DNA from: Thermoanaerobaculia bacterium
Lineage (GTDB): Bacteria; Acidobacteriota; Thermoanaerobaculia; UBA5066
Assembly (NCBI GenBank): GCA_963816185.1
Contig: CAWFJJ010000025.1
Span: forward strand, 224,001 to 288,000
Length of the DNA: 64,000 nucleotides
Direction of reading: 5' to 3'
Below the pieces are notes generated by a model. The model worked only from the letters and a program-made list of their open reading frames with translations. It did no database searches and was not told the origin of the DNA. Shown piece by piece: positions 1-10,475 of the stretch; the stretch's first letter is position 1; the number at the start of each line of letters is the position of its first letter. The translations under genes were made by a program, and so were the position numbers.

Positions 1-528
1 ACGATCTCCCGGCAGATCGTGTTCAACGGGGTGACGTATTCCGTGGGAGCCGACGTGGACTCGGCGCTGGACGTGAGCGTCGCCGAGCTCTACTACGGAT
101 ACTCGTTCGTGAACAACGGCGACATCGAGGCCGGCCTCGGCCTCGGCGCGAGCGTCTTCTTCAACCGGGCCTCGCTCGACGCGGTCGGGACGTACGTCGG
201 ACCGACCGGAACTGTGGTCACCGCCGCCGTCAGCGAAAGAAAGAGCCTCACCGCGCCGATTCCGGCCCTCGAGGGCTACTTCACGTTCACCCTCATGCCC
301 CAGCTCTTCCTCAACGCCCGTGCGCGCGGCCTGAAGGCGAACATCAGCGGCTCGTCGGGCAGCATGCTCGAGGCGACCGGCACGCTGGATCTCTTCATCA
401 CGCCTGGATTCGGCATCGGCGGCGGCTACAACTACACCCGCATCGACTACACGCGCGATTCCGACACGATCACCCAGGTCCGCTACCACTACAAGGGACC
501 GGTTTTCTACGTCGCGATCGCGTTCTGA
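1..528 (+). CDS. Outer-membrane beta-barrel protein, 5'-truncated by window edge
   Basis: Open frame from base 1; alternating amphipathic beta-strands; C-terminal YKGPVFYVAIAF with terminal Phe. Confidence 0.65.
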   Translation, partial: TISRQIVFNGVTYSVGADVDSALDVSVAELYYGYSFVNNGDIEAGLGLGASVFFNRASLDAVGTYVGPTGTVVTAAVSERKSLTAPIPALEGYFTFTLMPQLFLNARARGLKANISGSSGSMLEATGTLDLFITPGFGIGGGYNYTRIDYTRDSDTITQVRYHYKGPVFYVAIAF

Positions 529-546
529 AGGCCGCGCTTTCGCGCG

Positions 547-1077
547 TCAGTCGAATTCGCGGCGCGGCGCGGCCTGATCCAAACCCACGCGCCCGATCTC
601 GATGTCGGATCGGAAGTAGCTCTCGCCGCGGACAGGGGAGCCCGCGAGACGGCGCAGCATTCCGATCTGGCCCGTGTGCGTGAGGGCGTCGGCCACGGGG
701 CCCTGGAAGAGCTTGTCTTCCGTGAAGCCCTCCGGCAGAGGCGCGCCAGACGCGAGATGCCGGTCGAACGCCTCGAGCGCGGCGAAGAAGCGCGCGACCC
801 CCTGGTCCCACGGAAGCGGCGTCGCGTCGTTCCAGACCGAGGCGCCCTTCGCGAGCTGAAGAGCCCAGTCGAAGAGATCGCCCATGTGCGAGAGGATCTG
901 CCCGGGCGTACGAGAACCGGGGGCGACCGAGAAGCTCTCGAAGCCCGCGGGCGCGCCGCGGAGCGCCTTGCCCGCGCGGTAAGCGAGCGTCGCGAGAGCG
1001 TGGCGGAGAAGGTCGCGGGCGGAGGCTGGCGGCGTCACGAGGACGGAGTATGCCAAAGGCGCTTCAGCGGACGTCAC
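547..1077 (-). CDS. DinB/YfiT-like helical protein
   Basis: RTPGQILSHMGDL and ALTHTGQIGMLRR His motifs typical of the DinB superfamily. Confidence 0.65.
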   Translation of the reverse strand: MTSAEAPLAYSVLVTPPASARDLLRHALATLAYRAGKALRGAPAGFESFSVAPGSRTPGQILSHMGDLFDWALQLAKGASVWNDATPLPWDQGVARFFAALEAFDRHLASGAPLPEGFTEDKLFQGPVADALTHTGQIGMLRRLAGSPVRGESYFRSDIEIGRVGLDQAAPRREFD

Positions 1078-1116
1078 GCTCGGGCGTGTCCGCGATCGCG
1101 CGCAGCCACGTGACGC

Positions 1117-1524
1117 TCACTGCCCGCGAAGCGCTTCGATGAACTCTCGGGGCGAGACGACGGTGACGCCTTGCCGGAGGGACGCAGGGAAGTGCCTCAG
1201 GTTCCCCGTGACCAGAAAGCTCGTCGCGGACTCGAGCGCAGCGTCCAGGAACGGCTCGTCGGCGGGGTCGGGAAGGCGAGCTTTCCCCGGCGAAGCCAGC
1301 ACGAGAAGCCCGACGGTTTCCATGTCTTCAAGAAGAAGGGTCGCGGCGGCCGGCGGGATTCCGAGGTGAGGCCGAAACAGCACATCATGGTACTCGGCCA
1401 GAATCGCGTCCGAGAAACACGGCACGAGAAGGTCCGACTCCAGCAGTCTTAGGATCTCCGCCGGGGGACCCTTTGGCGAGACGAGTCCCGACACGAGCAC
1501 GTTCGTGTCGAGGACGACCTTCAA
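1117..1524 (-). CDS. PIN-domain toxin (VapC-like) of type II TA system
   Basis: MKVVLDTNVLVS, DPADEPFL, LVTGNLRHF PIN motifs; overlaps upstream antitoxin. Confidence 0.9.
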   Translation of the reverse strand: MKVVLDTNVLVSGLVSPKGPPAEILRLLESDLLVPCFSDAILAEYHDVLFRPHLGIPPAAATLLLEDMETVGLLVLASPGKARLPDPADEPFLDAALESATSFLVTGNLRHFPASLRQGVTVVSPREFIEALRGQ

Positions 1525-1808
1525 CGCTTGCGGCTCTTTCGCACGTCCGCGATGACGGCGTTGATCTCGCGCAAACTCATCCCTTTCGGATTTCGCTCGA
1601 GCGACGCGCGCTGGATCTCACGAACCGTCTCGCCGAGCCTGGCGCGGCGTAGAGCGAGGAGCCGGCGCTCGAACGAGCCCTCATCCACGCTCGTCAGAAT
1701 CGCCATCGGCCTTCCGTTCGATGTCAGGACGAGGTCCCTTTCCGTCTTGAGATCCTTCCAGACCTTCGTCGGCCGGCCCCTGAGATCGCGGACTGTGACG
1801 AACTTCAT
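1521..1808 (-). CDS. Phd/YefM-type antitoxin
   Basis: MKFVTVRDLR...LVLTSNGRPMAIL Phd-like N-terminus; directly upstream of and overlapping the PIN gene. Confidence 0.85.
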   Translation of the reverse strand: MKFVTVRDLRGRPTKVWKDLKTERDLVLTSNGRPMAILTSVDEGSFERRLLALRRARLGETVREIQRASLERNPKGMSLREINAVIADVRKSRKR

Positions 1809-1904
1809 GGTCTCACCATCACTCAATAGTGTACACGATCGTCACCCGCCTGAGTCGACTCCATTACAAGAATAAAGGCGAGACGGTCTTCCCGAAGCGG
1901 GTGG

Positions 1905-4010
1905 TTAGTACGCCAGCGTCTTCTTCGCCGCCTCGAGAACTTTCTCGGTGTTCGGCAGGATCGCCCGCTCGAGGATGCGGTTGAAGCCGACGGGCGTGAA
2001 CGTCGAGCCGACCCGGTCGACCGGGGCGTCGAGAAATTGGAACAGCTCCGACGCGATGCGGGCGACGAGCTCGCCGCCGAAGCCGCCGTGGACCTTGTCC
2101 TCGTGGACGACGAGGACGCGGGACGTCTTTTTCACCGAGGCGGCGATGGCCTCGAAATCGAGCGGCACGAGCGAGCGCAGGTCGAGCACCTCGACGTTCT
2201 TGCCGTCTTTTGCGAGCGCCTCGGCCGCCTCCAGCGCGAAGTGCACGGGCGTGCCGTAGGCGAGGATCGTGAGATCGCTGCCTTCCCGTCGGCGCCGGGC
2301 GACCCCGAACGGCACCGCGAACCCCGTAGGAACGCGTGCCTTCGCCTGCGCGGAGTTGTAGAGGAACTTGGGCTCGAGGTAGAGCGTGACGCCGCGCGAG
2401 CGCATCGCCGTCCGGAGGAGGCCCGCGGCGTCGTCCGCGAACGCGGGGACCACGATGCGGATGCCGGGAAGCGTCGCGAGCCAGCCCTCGATGTTCTGGG
2501 AATGGTAGAGGCCGCCGCCGATGTAGCCGCCCGAGGCGATGCGCACGGTGACGTTCGGAACGAACTTCCCGTTCGTGCGCCAGAACTCGTGCGACATCTC
2601 GACCATCTGCTCGGCCGCGGGCCAGAAGTAATCGGCAAATTCGGCGCCTTCGACGACGACGCGGATCTTTTCGTCGAGGCGCGAGAAGCCGTCCGCCGTG
2701 CCGAGGATGTAGTCCTCCGCGAGGGGGCCGTTGAAGACGCGCTTCGCCCCGAACTCCTGCTGCATGCCCTTCGTGACGTTGAAGATGCCGCCCTTCTCCT
2801 TGTAGGCCACGTCCTGCCCCCAGAGATACGTGTCCGGGTTCTCGCGGAACATCTCCTTGAGCGTGCCGTTCAGGGCCTGGATGAGCGACATCTCGGTCGT
2901 CGGCTTCCCGTCGACGGTCTCGGGAGTGAGCGGCATGTGCGCGAGGCCGTCGCCCTCGGGCGCCCACGGCTCGGGCACGACGTGCTCGAGGATGGAGGCG
3001 GGGTCGGGGTCCGGCGCGCGGCGGGCGCGGTCTGCGGATTCCTCGTACGTCTTCCGGTTCGCGTCCTCGATCGCGGCGATCTCCTCCTCCGAGAACGCGC
3101 CGCCCTCGACCAGGATGCGGCGAAGGCGCAAGAGCGGATCCTGTGCCTTCGCGGCGGCGATCTCCTCGGGCGAGCGGTACAGCTCGTGACGGTCGGAGTT
3201 GGAGTGCGAGTGGATGCGCACGCACTCGGCGTGGACCAGGACGCAGCCCGCGCCCGACTTCACGAACGCCACGGCCTCGCGCATGGCGCGCAGCGAGTCG
3301 AAGAGATCCTTGCCGTCGCAATGGACGATCTTCAAGTTCTGGAAGCCCGAGAAGTTGTCCGACGCGAAGAGGTTCGCCGTCTGGTCGCTCTTCGGCACGG
3401 CGATGCCGTAGCCGTTGTCCTGCACCACGAAGACGACGGGCAGCTTCTCGCGCGAGGAGCCGTTGACGGCCTCGTAGAAGTAGCCCTCGGACGTGGACGA
3501 CTCGCCGACGGAACAGAAGACGATCGCGTCCGACCCGTAGGTCCGGAGCGCGCGGCCGAGTCCCGCGGCGTGCTGCGCGTGGTTCGAGACGCATGACGAG
3601 ACGTTCTGGATGTGGATCTCGGGCTTCGCGAAGTGGTTCGACATGTGGCGGCCGCCGGAGGCGACGTCGTCGCGCTTGGACATCCCGTTCAGCAGGATCT
3701 CCTCGGCCGAGAGGCCGGCGGCGAGGCAGGTCGAGAGGTCGCGGTAGTACGGGAAGAGGTAGTCGTGTCCGGGCCGGAACGTGACGCCGAGGGCGACCTG
3801 GATGCCGTCGTGCCCCGCGCACGGCGCGTGATACGACCAGCCGAGGCCCTGCTTGAGGTAATTCGGGGCCTTGTCGTCGAGGAGCCGGCCGAGGTGCATC
3901 AGCGCGTACCAGCGCCTCAGCTCGTCGCGGCTCGGGGCGAGCTGCGCGATCGTGGCGGCGGCTTCGGACGGCGAAGCGCCCGCGGCGGTCAGGACACCCG
4001 GTTCGGCCAT
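1905..4010 (-). CDS. Fused E1 alpha/beta 2-oxoacid (probably branched-chain) dehydrogenase
   Basis: TPP motif GESSTSEG...VQDNGY, HSHSNSD, GQDV, transketolase C-terminal DLRSLVPLD; 701-aa fusion. Confidence 0.9.
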   Translation of the reverse strand: MAEPGVLTAAGASPSEAAATIAQLAPSRDELRRWYALMHLGRLLDDKAPNYLKQGLGWSYHAPCAGHDGIQVALGVTFRPGHDYLFPYYRDLSTCLAAGLSAEEILLNGMSKRDDVASGGRHMSNHFAKPEIHIQNVSSCVSNHAQHAAGLGRALRTYGSDAIVFCSVGESSTSEGYFYEAVNGSSREKLPVVFVVQDNGYGIAVPKSDQTANLFASDNFSGFQNLKIVHCDGKDLFDSLRAMREAVAFVKSGAGCVLVHAECVRIHSHSNSDRHELYRSPEEIAAAKAQDPLLRLRRILVEGGAFSEEEIAAIEDANRKTYEESADRARRAPDPDPASILEHVVPEPWAPEGDGLAHMPLTPETVDGKPTTEMSLIQALNGTLKEMFRENPDTYLWGQDVAYKEKGGIFNVTKGMQQEFGAKRVFNGPLAEDYILGTADGFSRLDEKIRVVVEGAEFADYFWPAAEQMVEMSHEFWRTNGKFVPNVTVRIASGGYIGGGLYHSQNIEGWLATLPGIRIVVPAFADDAAGLLRTAMRSRGVTLYLEPKFLYNSAQAKARVPTGFAVPFGVARRRREGSDLTILAYGTPVHFALEAAEALAKDGKNVEVLDLRSLVPLDFEAIAASVKKTSRVLVVHEDKVHGGFGGELVARIASELFQFLDAPVDRVGSTFTPVGFNRILERAILPNTEKVLEAAKKTLAY

Positions 4011-4166
4011 TCCATCGCTCCTCCAAGAAGGGGTTTCTCCGGGGCTGGGGGCGCGCCTGGCGGAGACGGGTTCTCATCTTACCGCTTCGGATAGAATCCG
4101 CGGTCCCGCAGCCTTCGGATGCTTTTCACCGGGGGAATCTCGCTTGGCGGGCCAGGAGAACGATCC

Positions 4167-5654
4167 GTGCCCCAGACCCTCATCGCCCGGTCCGTCGAAA
4201 CCGCCGAATCCGCCGACCGCAAGACCTTCGAGGCCGCCCTCGCGGCCGACGCGGCCACCCCGAGGAAGAAGCTTCTGGAAGGGCAGGTCGTGAACGGCAT
4301 CATCGCGGGGATCACACCCGATGTCGTGCTCGTCTCGATCGGCGGCAAGTCCGAAGCTCTCATGGACCTCAAGGAGCTCGAGGGCGAGAAGGTGGGCGAC
4401 CGGATCGAAGCGGTGGTCGTGAAGGCGGGCCCGGACGTGCGCCTCTCGCGCAAGCTCGCGGTGGGACACCGCACGAAGGCCGAGCTTCGCGCCGCATCCG
4501 AGGCGAAGATCCCCGTCGCGGGGAAAGTCATGGCGCGGAACAAGGGCGGCTTCGAGGTCATGATCGGAGGCGCCCACGGCCTCCGCGCGTTCTGCCCGGT
4601 CTCGCAGATCGACCTCGGCCGTCACGAAGAGGCCGCGCTCGCGGCCTACGTCGGGCAGACATACGACTTCCGCGTCCTCGAATACTCCGAGGACGGGCGC
4701 CGCGTGGTCGTCTCGCGCGTCGCGCTCCTCAGAGTCGAGCAGGACGAGAAGGCCGCCCTGACGCGCGAGAAGATCGCCGTCGGCGCGGTCCTGCCCGGAC
4801 GCGTCCGCTCCCTCACGGACTTCGGGGCGTTCGTGGACCTCGGCGGCGTGGACGGCCTCGTGCACGTCACGGAAATCTCGCGGCGAAGGGTCGCGCACCC
4901 GAAGGATGTCCTCACGGTCGGCCAGGACGTCACGGTCAAGGTCACCAAGCTGGCCGGCGAGGGCAAGCGCATCTCGCTTTCCATGAAGGAGCTCGAGGCC
5001 GATCCGTGGCAAACGCTGCCGGACCGCTTCGCTCCCGGCGCGTCGTTCACGGGCACGGTCGCCCGCCACGCGGACTTCGGCCTCTTCGTCGAGGTCGAAC
5101 CGGGCGTGGACGGCCTCGTGCACGTCTCGGCGCTGCCGGCCGGCGTCACGCTCAAGGATCCGACCGTCGCCGACGGTCAGACCGTGCAAGGCTGGGTGAA
5201 GGAAGTCGACCCGAAGCAGCGCAGGCTGTCGCTCTCGCTGCGCGAGGTCGCGACGTCGAATCCGTGGGAGGGCATCCTCGAGCGCCATCCGGAAGGCTCC
5301 GTCGCTTCGGGCGAGGTGGAGAGCGTGGCGACGTTCGGCGTCTTCGTGCGTCTCGAACCCGGCCTCACGGGCCTGATCCCGAACTCCGAGTCCGGCGTGC
5401 CGCCCGGCACGGTCAACCGCCACTTCGTTCCGGGAAAAACGGTCGAGGTGAAGGTGATCGGAGTCGACACGGCCAGGAAACGCATCTCGCTCTCGGCGTC
5501 GGGCGCGAAGGCGGAGGCGGACCGCGGCGAGCTCAGGAGTTACCGTGAGGAGACCGCGAAGCGCGAGAAGGCCGCGGTGCCGTCCGTCTCCGGCTTCGGC
5601 ACCTCTCTTCTCCAGGCTCTGAACAACCCGAAGAGCAAGCAGAAGAGGGGCTGA
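4167..5654 (+). CDS. Ribosomal protein S1-like protein with five S1 domains
   Basis: Repeated S1 motifs (FGAFVDLGGVDGLVHVTEIS, FGLFVEVEPGVDGLVHVS, RISLS); GTG start after AGGAG. Confidence 0.85.
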   Translation: MPQTLIARSVETAESADRKTFEAALAADAATPRKKLLEGQVVNGIIAGITPDVVLVSIGGKSEALMDLKELEGEKVGDRIEAVVVKAGPDVRLSRKLAVGHRTKAELRAASEAKIPVAGKVMARNKGGFEVMIGGAHGLRAFCPVSQIDLGRHEEAALAAYVGQTYDFRVLEYSEDGRRVVVSRVALLRVEQDEKAALTREKIAVGAVLPGRVRSLTDFGAFVDLGGVDGLVHVTEISRRRVAHPKDVLTVGQDVTVKVTKLAGEGKRISLSMKELEADPWQTLPDRFAPGASFTGTVARHADFGLFVEVEPGVDGLVHVSALPAGVTLKDPTVADGQTVQGWVKEVDPKQRRLSLSLREVATSNPWEGILERHPEGSVASGEVESVATFGVFVRLEPGLTGLIPNSESGVPPGTVNRHFVPGKTVEVKVIGVDTARKRISLSASGAKAEADRGELRSYREETAKREKAAVPSVSGFGTSLLQALNNPKSKQKRG

Positions 5655-5706
5655 TCGCCGCCGCAGGGCCGTTCGCGCCGGGCATAGACTCCCCGCCGGC
5701 CTGAAC

Positions 5707-8205
5707 GTGACCTTTTCCCTCAGATTCCCCCGGTGGGCCGCCGCCCATTCTCGGAAGGCGGCGGAGGACCGGATCCGCAGCCTCAACCGTCTGCTCAAGA
5801 CGATCTCCGAGGTGGACCAGCTCCTCATCAAGGTGGCGGACGAAGAGGCGCTCCTCGGGAAAGTCTGCCGGATCCTCGTCGAGTCGGGAGGCTACTTGCT
5901 CGCCTGGATCGGAAAGGCGGACCCCGGGGCGACGCAGGCCGTACCGGTGGCGCGCGCCGGCGCCGACGCGCACCTTCTGGACTCCATCGCCGTGCGCTGG
6001 GACGACTCACCGGAGGGGCACGGGCCTTTCGGCACCGCGATCCGAACGGGTCGGCACGTCGTCGTGCAGGACACGGACGCCGACTCCTCCGTCGGCCCGT
6101 GGCGGGCGTTCAGGTCCCAGATCGGCGCCCGATCTATGGCGGTGCTTCCTCTTCGTCGCGGCGGCGCCGTGACCGCCGCCCTCCTCGCGTACGCCGCCGT
6201 TCCCTCTTTCATCGACGAGGAGGAGATCGCGCTCCTCGATGGGCTCGCGGAAGACGTCTCCTTCGCCCTCGACGTGCTCGACGACCGTGAGCGGGCCCGC
6301 AAGAGCGAGCAGGAGCTGCGCAGGCTGTCGCGGGCCGTCGAGCAGACCCCCACGTCGATCGTGATGACGGACCTGGAGGGGCGGATCGAATACGTCAACC
6401 CGCACTTCACGGAGGTGACGGGCTACACGGCCGAGGAGGCACGGGCACAGAATCCCCGCATCCTGAAATCCGACCGCACGCCGCCCGAAGTGATCCGGCA
6501 GCTCTGGGAGACGATCACGGCGGGGAAGGTCTGGCACGGCGAGCTGTGCAACCGGCGCAAGGACGGAACCCTCTTCTGGGAGCAGGCTTCGATCTCCCCG
6601 GTGCGGGACGACAAGGGGACGGTCACGCACTACGTCTCCGTGGGGGAGGACATCACCGAGCGCAAGCGGTCCGAAGCGAACGTCGTCAGGCTCAACGCCG
6701 AGCTGGAAGAAGCGCTCGCATGGCAGCGGCAGATCTTCGAGGGCTCGCGGGACGCGGTGTTCGTCAGCGACGAGCAGGGGCGGTTCGTCGCCGTCAACGG
6801 CGCCGCGACGGATCTGACGGGTTACTCCCACGAAGATCTGCTGGGGATGGGGATCCCCGACCTCCACGACGAGCCCGATCTCGCGGCGTACCGCGCTTTT
6901 CATCAGCGCATTTTGGGAGGCGAGCAGATCCTGTCGGAGGCGCCGATCCGGAGGAAGGACGGCCGCAAGGTCGCCGTCGAGTTCAACAACAGACTCGTCA
7001 CCCTCGGCGGCAGACGTTTCATGCACACCGCGGGTCGGGACCTCACGGAACGCGGGCAGCTCGAGGCGCAGCTCGCCCAGGCGCAGAAGATGGAGGCCGT
7101 CGGACGCCTCGCGGGCGGCGTCGCGCACGACTTCAACAACCTCCTGACGGTCATTCAGGGCTACGGCGAGCTGGTGCGCGACTCACTTTCGTCAGACCCG
7201 CGGCGCGAGAGCATGGACGAGCTCCTGAAGGCCGCCGGGCGTGCGACCTCGCTCACGCGGCAGCTCCTCGCCTTCAGCCGCAAACAGGTGCTCGAGCCGA
7301 AGGTCGTGCACCTGGCCGAGATCGTGCGCGAGACGGGCCGCATGCTCGAACGGCTCATCGGTGAGCACATCGCGCTGTCGCTCGCGGCACCCGAGGAGCG
7401 CGCGACCGTGAAGGCCGATCCCGGCCAGATCGAGCAGGTCATTCTCAATCTCGCCGTGAACGCGCGGGACGCGATGCCGAACGGAGGCCATTTGACGGTT
7501 TCCGCGGGCAGCTTGACGACGGCGACCCCGCTCGACGGATTCCCCGATCAGCTTCCGGCCGGCCGATGGGTCCTCATGACCATGGAAGACACGGGCTGCG
7601 GAATGGACGCGGAGACGCTCTCGCACGCGTTCGAGCCGTTCTTCACGACCAAAGAGCGCGGCAAGGGAACGGGCCTCGGGCTGTCCACCGTGTACGGAAT
7701 CGTGAGGCAGAGCGACGGCCGCGTTCAGGTGACGAGCGTTCCCGGGAAGGGGACGACCATCCAGGTCTATCTTCCGCGCTCCGACGAGAAGACGACCTCG
7801 GGCGTTCGCCCGAGCGTGGGCTCGAGCCGCGGAACGGAGACCGTGCTCGTCGTCGAGGACGAGGCGGCGGTCCGGAATCTCGTGCGGGCGGTTCTCGAGC
7901 GCAAGGGGTACGTCGTGCTCGCCGCCGAGGACGGCGCCGCCGCGCTCGATCTCGTCGACGCGTACGCGGGCGTCATCCATGTGCTCCTGACCGACCTCGT
8001 GATGCCGGGAATGAACGGGCGCGATCTGGCCGCGCGCGTGAGGGCGAAACGGCCTGCGATCAAAGTGGTGTTCATGTCGGGGTACACCGCCGACGTTCCG
8101 ACGGAGCTCGGAGTGGAAGGCGGACCGGGCTTTCTCTCCAAGCCATTCAACGAGCGCGCCCTCACGGCGAAGCTCCGCGAGGTTCTCGACGCCCAGCCGG
8201 CCTGA
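5707..8205 (+). CDS. Hybrid sensor histidine kinase (GAF-PAS-PAS-HisKA-HATPase-REC)
   Basis: GGVAHDFNNLL H-box, NLAVNARDAM, GTGLGL G-box, receiver LLTDLVMP and KPF. Confidence 0.95.
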   Translation: MTFSLRFPRWAAAHSRKAAEDRIRSLNRLLKTISEVDQLLIKVADEEALLGKVCRILVESGGYLLAWIGKADPGATQAVPVARAGADAHLLDSIAVRWDDSPEGHGPFGTAIRTGRHVVVQDTDADSSVGPWRAFRSQIGARSMAVLPLRRGGAVTAALLAYAAVPSFIDEEEIALLDGLAEDVSFALDVLDDRERARKSEQELRRLSRAVEQTPTSIVMTDLEGRIEYVNPHFTEVTGYTAEEARAQNPRILKSDRTPPEVIRQLWETITAGKVWHGELCNRRKDGTLFWEQASISPVRDDKGTVTHYVSVGEDITERKRSEANVVRLNAELEEALAWQRQIFEGSRDAVFVSDEQGRFVAVNGAATDLTGYSHEDLLGMGIPDLHDEPDLAAYRAFHQRILGGEQILSEAPIRRKDGRKVAVEFNNRLVTLGGRRFMHTAGRDLTERGQLEAQLAQAQKMEAVGRLAGGVAHDFNNLLTVIQGYGELVRDSLSSDPRRESMDELLKAAGRATSLTRQLLAFSRKQVLEPKVVHLAEIVRETGRMLERLIGEHIALSLAAPEERATVKADPGQIEQVILNLAVNARDAMPNGGHLTVSAGSLTTATPLDGFPDQLPAGRWVLMTMEDTGCGMDAETLSHAFEPFFTTKERGKGTGLGLSTVYGIVRQSDGRVQVTSVPGKGTTIQVYLPRSDEKTTSGVRPSVGSSRGTETVLVVEDEAAVRNLVRAVLERKGYVVLAAEDGAAALDLVDAYAGVIHVLLTDLVMPGMNGRDLAARVRAKRPAIKVVFMSGYTADVPTELGVEGGPGFLSKPFNERALTAKLREVLDAQPA

Positions 8206-8299
8206 ACGTCACGGCGCTCGCGTCGAGCCCGTGGTAACGTCCGCGCGGCTCTTTTCATCGTCCTCGAGTCCCCTGAAAGTTTGCGACCTCCGGGGGGCG

Positions 8300-8490
8300 A
8301 ACGTGAGGCGCCCGTGCGCGCGTCACGCGAAGAGGGAAGCGGGTGAGATTCCCGCGCGGCCCCCGCCACTGTGACCGGGGACGCGCCCGGCGAGATCCAC
8401 TGGCGGCGAGAGATCGGTCCCGAGAGGCCGGTCGCGCTGCCGGGAAGGGGCCGGGCGCGGACGATCCGGGAGCCAGGAGACCTGCTCGAG
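8300..8490 (+). ncRNA. Cobalamin riboswitch
   Basis: AGGGAA-GCGGGTGAGATTCCCGC, GCCACTGT, CCACTG...GGGAAGG and B12 box GAGCCAGGAGACCTGC, upstream of a TonB receptor. Confidence 0.9.
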
Positions 8491-8609
8491 GAACATCGTT
8501 CTCGCTACGCCTTCTCCGGGGCTCGGGAAGTCGCGGCTGTTCCGGCGTCCGGCCGGAAACGCCGCCGCCTTCCGATGGGAAGGTGGAGCCAGCGGAACGG
8601 AGGTGTTCC

Positions 8610-10469
8610 ATGGTGTCCCGTCTCTTTCTCTTGCGGTCGTCGTGCGCCCTGCTCCTCTCCCTCGCGTCCCCTCTGTTTGGCCAGCCCGCGCCGCCGCCTT
8701 CCGCCGCGAAGCTCGCCGCCGACGTCGTCGTCTCGGCCGAGGCCGAGCCTGAATCCGCCGACTCCCTCGGCGTCGCCGCGACCGTGATCGACGCCGCCGA
8801 GATCGCGGCATCGAAAGCGACGACGGTTCTCGATCTCCTGCGTACGGTGCCCGGTCTCGACATCGTTCAATCCGGCGGCCCCGGCACGGTGACGTCCCTC
8901 TTCTTGCGCGGAACGAGCTCCACGCAGACGCTCGTTCTCGTGGACGGCGTCCCGCTGAACAGTCCCTATTTCGGAGGCACCGACCTCTCGGCGCTGTCCG
9001 TCGCGAACGTCGAGCGCGTGGAGGTCGTGCGCGGGCCTTTCTCGGCGCTCTACGGCTCGGAGGCGATCGGCGGCGTCGTGCGGGTCTTCACGAAGAGGTC
9101 CGCGGACCCGGGATTCAGCGGGAACGCCCGATTCGCTTTGGGGAATGCCGGCGCGAAGGAAGGCCTCGGAGAAATCCGTTTCTCCGAAGGCGCCTTCACG
9201 GGGACTTTCGGCTTTCGAAGGACTCTTTCCTGGGGCGACCAGTTCAATGAATTCTTCTCCGGAACGACCCTTTCTGGTGCGCTGACGGCGGCGCTCGGCG
9301 AGGGAGCGTCGCTCGGCGTCTCGGTCCGCCGTGAGAGCGGCCGGACCGGCGTCCCCACGGACGGCGCCACGCCGACGCCGCGGCGCTGGACGAAGAACGA
9401 CACGATGACCGTCGAGGTTCCTCTCTCTCTTCCACTTTCAAAGAATCTCTCTCTCGAGGCTTCGGTGCGCTACGCGCGCGACCGGCCCGGCTACGCGGAT
9501 CCCGACGACCAGTTCCTCACGTCGTCCTCCACGGATGCGCGCCGGGCCGGGGCGCGCCTCGCCTTCACGTCGACTCTCGGCGCGCAGCGGCTCTCCGCGG
9601 GCGCGGACTGGGAGCGCACGCTCGTCTCGAACGAGAGCAACTTCGGCGTGGCTCTCGAGGACGCGTCGACGCGCACGTTCGCGCTCTTTGCCGAGGACCG
9701 CATCGCCCTCGCAGGCGAGCGGCTCGTCGCGACCGCGGGCGTCCGCTGGGACGACCACAGCGCGTTCGGCAGCGCCGTGAGCCCGCGCGTGACGGTCGCG
9801 TGGCGCGTCACGCCGTCGTTGAAGCTGCGCGCGGCGGCAGGATCCGCGTTTCGAGCGCCCTCGACGGGCGAGCTGTACTACCCGTTCTCCGGCAACCCGT
9901 CGCTCCGCCCCGAGAAGTCGAACGGCTACGAGGTGGGACTGGAGAAGACGCTCGCGGGAGGAGTCATCGCGGAGGTCTCGGGTTTCTGGAACGACCTGAG
10001 GGACCTCATCGACTTCGACCCCGCGACGTTTACGGACCGGAACGTGGGGAGAGCGCGGACGCGAGGAGTCGAGGTGGCTCTCCGGACGCCCATCGGGGCG
10101 CACTCTTTCGTGCGCGCGTCGTATACGTACCTCGACGCGAAGGATCTCGACACGGACACGTTCCTCGTCCGGCGCCCGCGGCACCGCGCCTCGGCGACGT
10201 ACGCGACGACGTTTGCCTCGGGAGGCTCCGTGAGCCTGACGGCGATGTGGGTGGGAGCGCGCCCTGACCTCGACGCGACGGACTTCACGACGCTCGTCGA
10301 GAATCCTTCGTACCTGAGGGTTGACGCCGCGCTCACGCTACCGCCGCTCGCGCTTTCGCTCGCCCCTTTCGTCCGCGTGACGAATATCCTCGGGCGCGAC
10401 TACGTCGAGGCAAGCGGCTTCCCGGCGCCAAAACGCCGCTTCCTGGCGGGGCTGGAAACGGCGTTCTGA
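8610..10469 (+). CDS. btuB: TonB-dependent receptor, BtuB-like cobalamin transporter
   Basis: Signal peptide, plug motifs LFLRG..LVLVDG and VERVEVVRGPFSALYGSEAIGGVV, C-terminal Phe; downstream of B12 riboswitch. Confidence 0.85.
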   Translation: MVSRLFLLRSSCALLLSLASPLFGQPAPPPSAAKLAADVVVSAEAEPESADSLGVAATVIDAAEIAASKATTVLDLLRTVPGLDIVQSGGPGTVTSLFLRGTSSTQTLVLVDGVPLNSPYFGGTDLSALSVANVERVEVVRGPFSALYGSEAIGGVVRVFTKRSADPGFSGNARFALGNAGAKEGLGEIRFSEGAFTGTFGFRRTLSWGDQFNEFFSGTTLSGALTAALGEGASLGVSVRRESGRTGVPTDGATPTPRRWTKNDTMTVEVPLSLPLSKNLSLEASVRYARDRPGYADPDDQFLTSSSTDARRAGARLAFTSTLGAQRLSAGADWERTLVSNESNFGVALEDASTRTFALFAEDRIALAGERLVATAGVRWDDHSAFGSAVSPRVTVAWRVTPSLKLRAAAGSAFRAPSTGELYYPFSGNPSLRPEKSNGYEVGLEKTLAGGVIAEVSGFWNDLRDLIDFDPATFTDRNVGRARTRGVEVALRTPIGAHSFVRASYTYLDAKDLDTDTFLVRRPRHRASATYATTFASGGSVSLTAMWVGARPDLDATDFTTLVENPSYLRVDAALTLPPLALSLAPFVRVTNILGRDYVEASGFPAPKRRFLAGLETAF

Positions 10470-10475
10470 GCGGGC

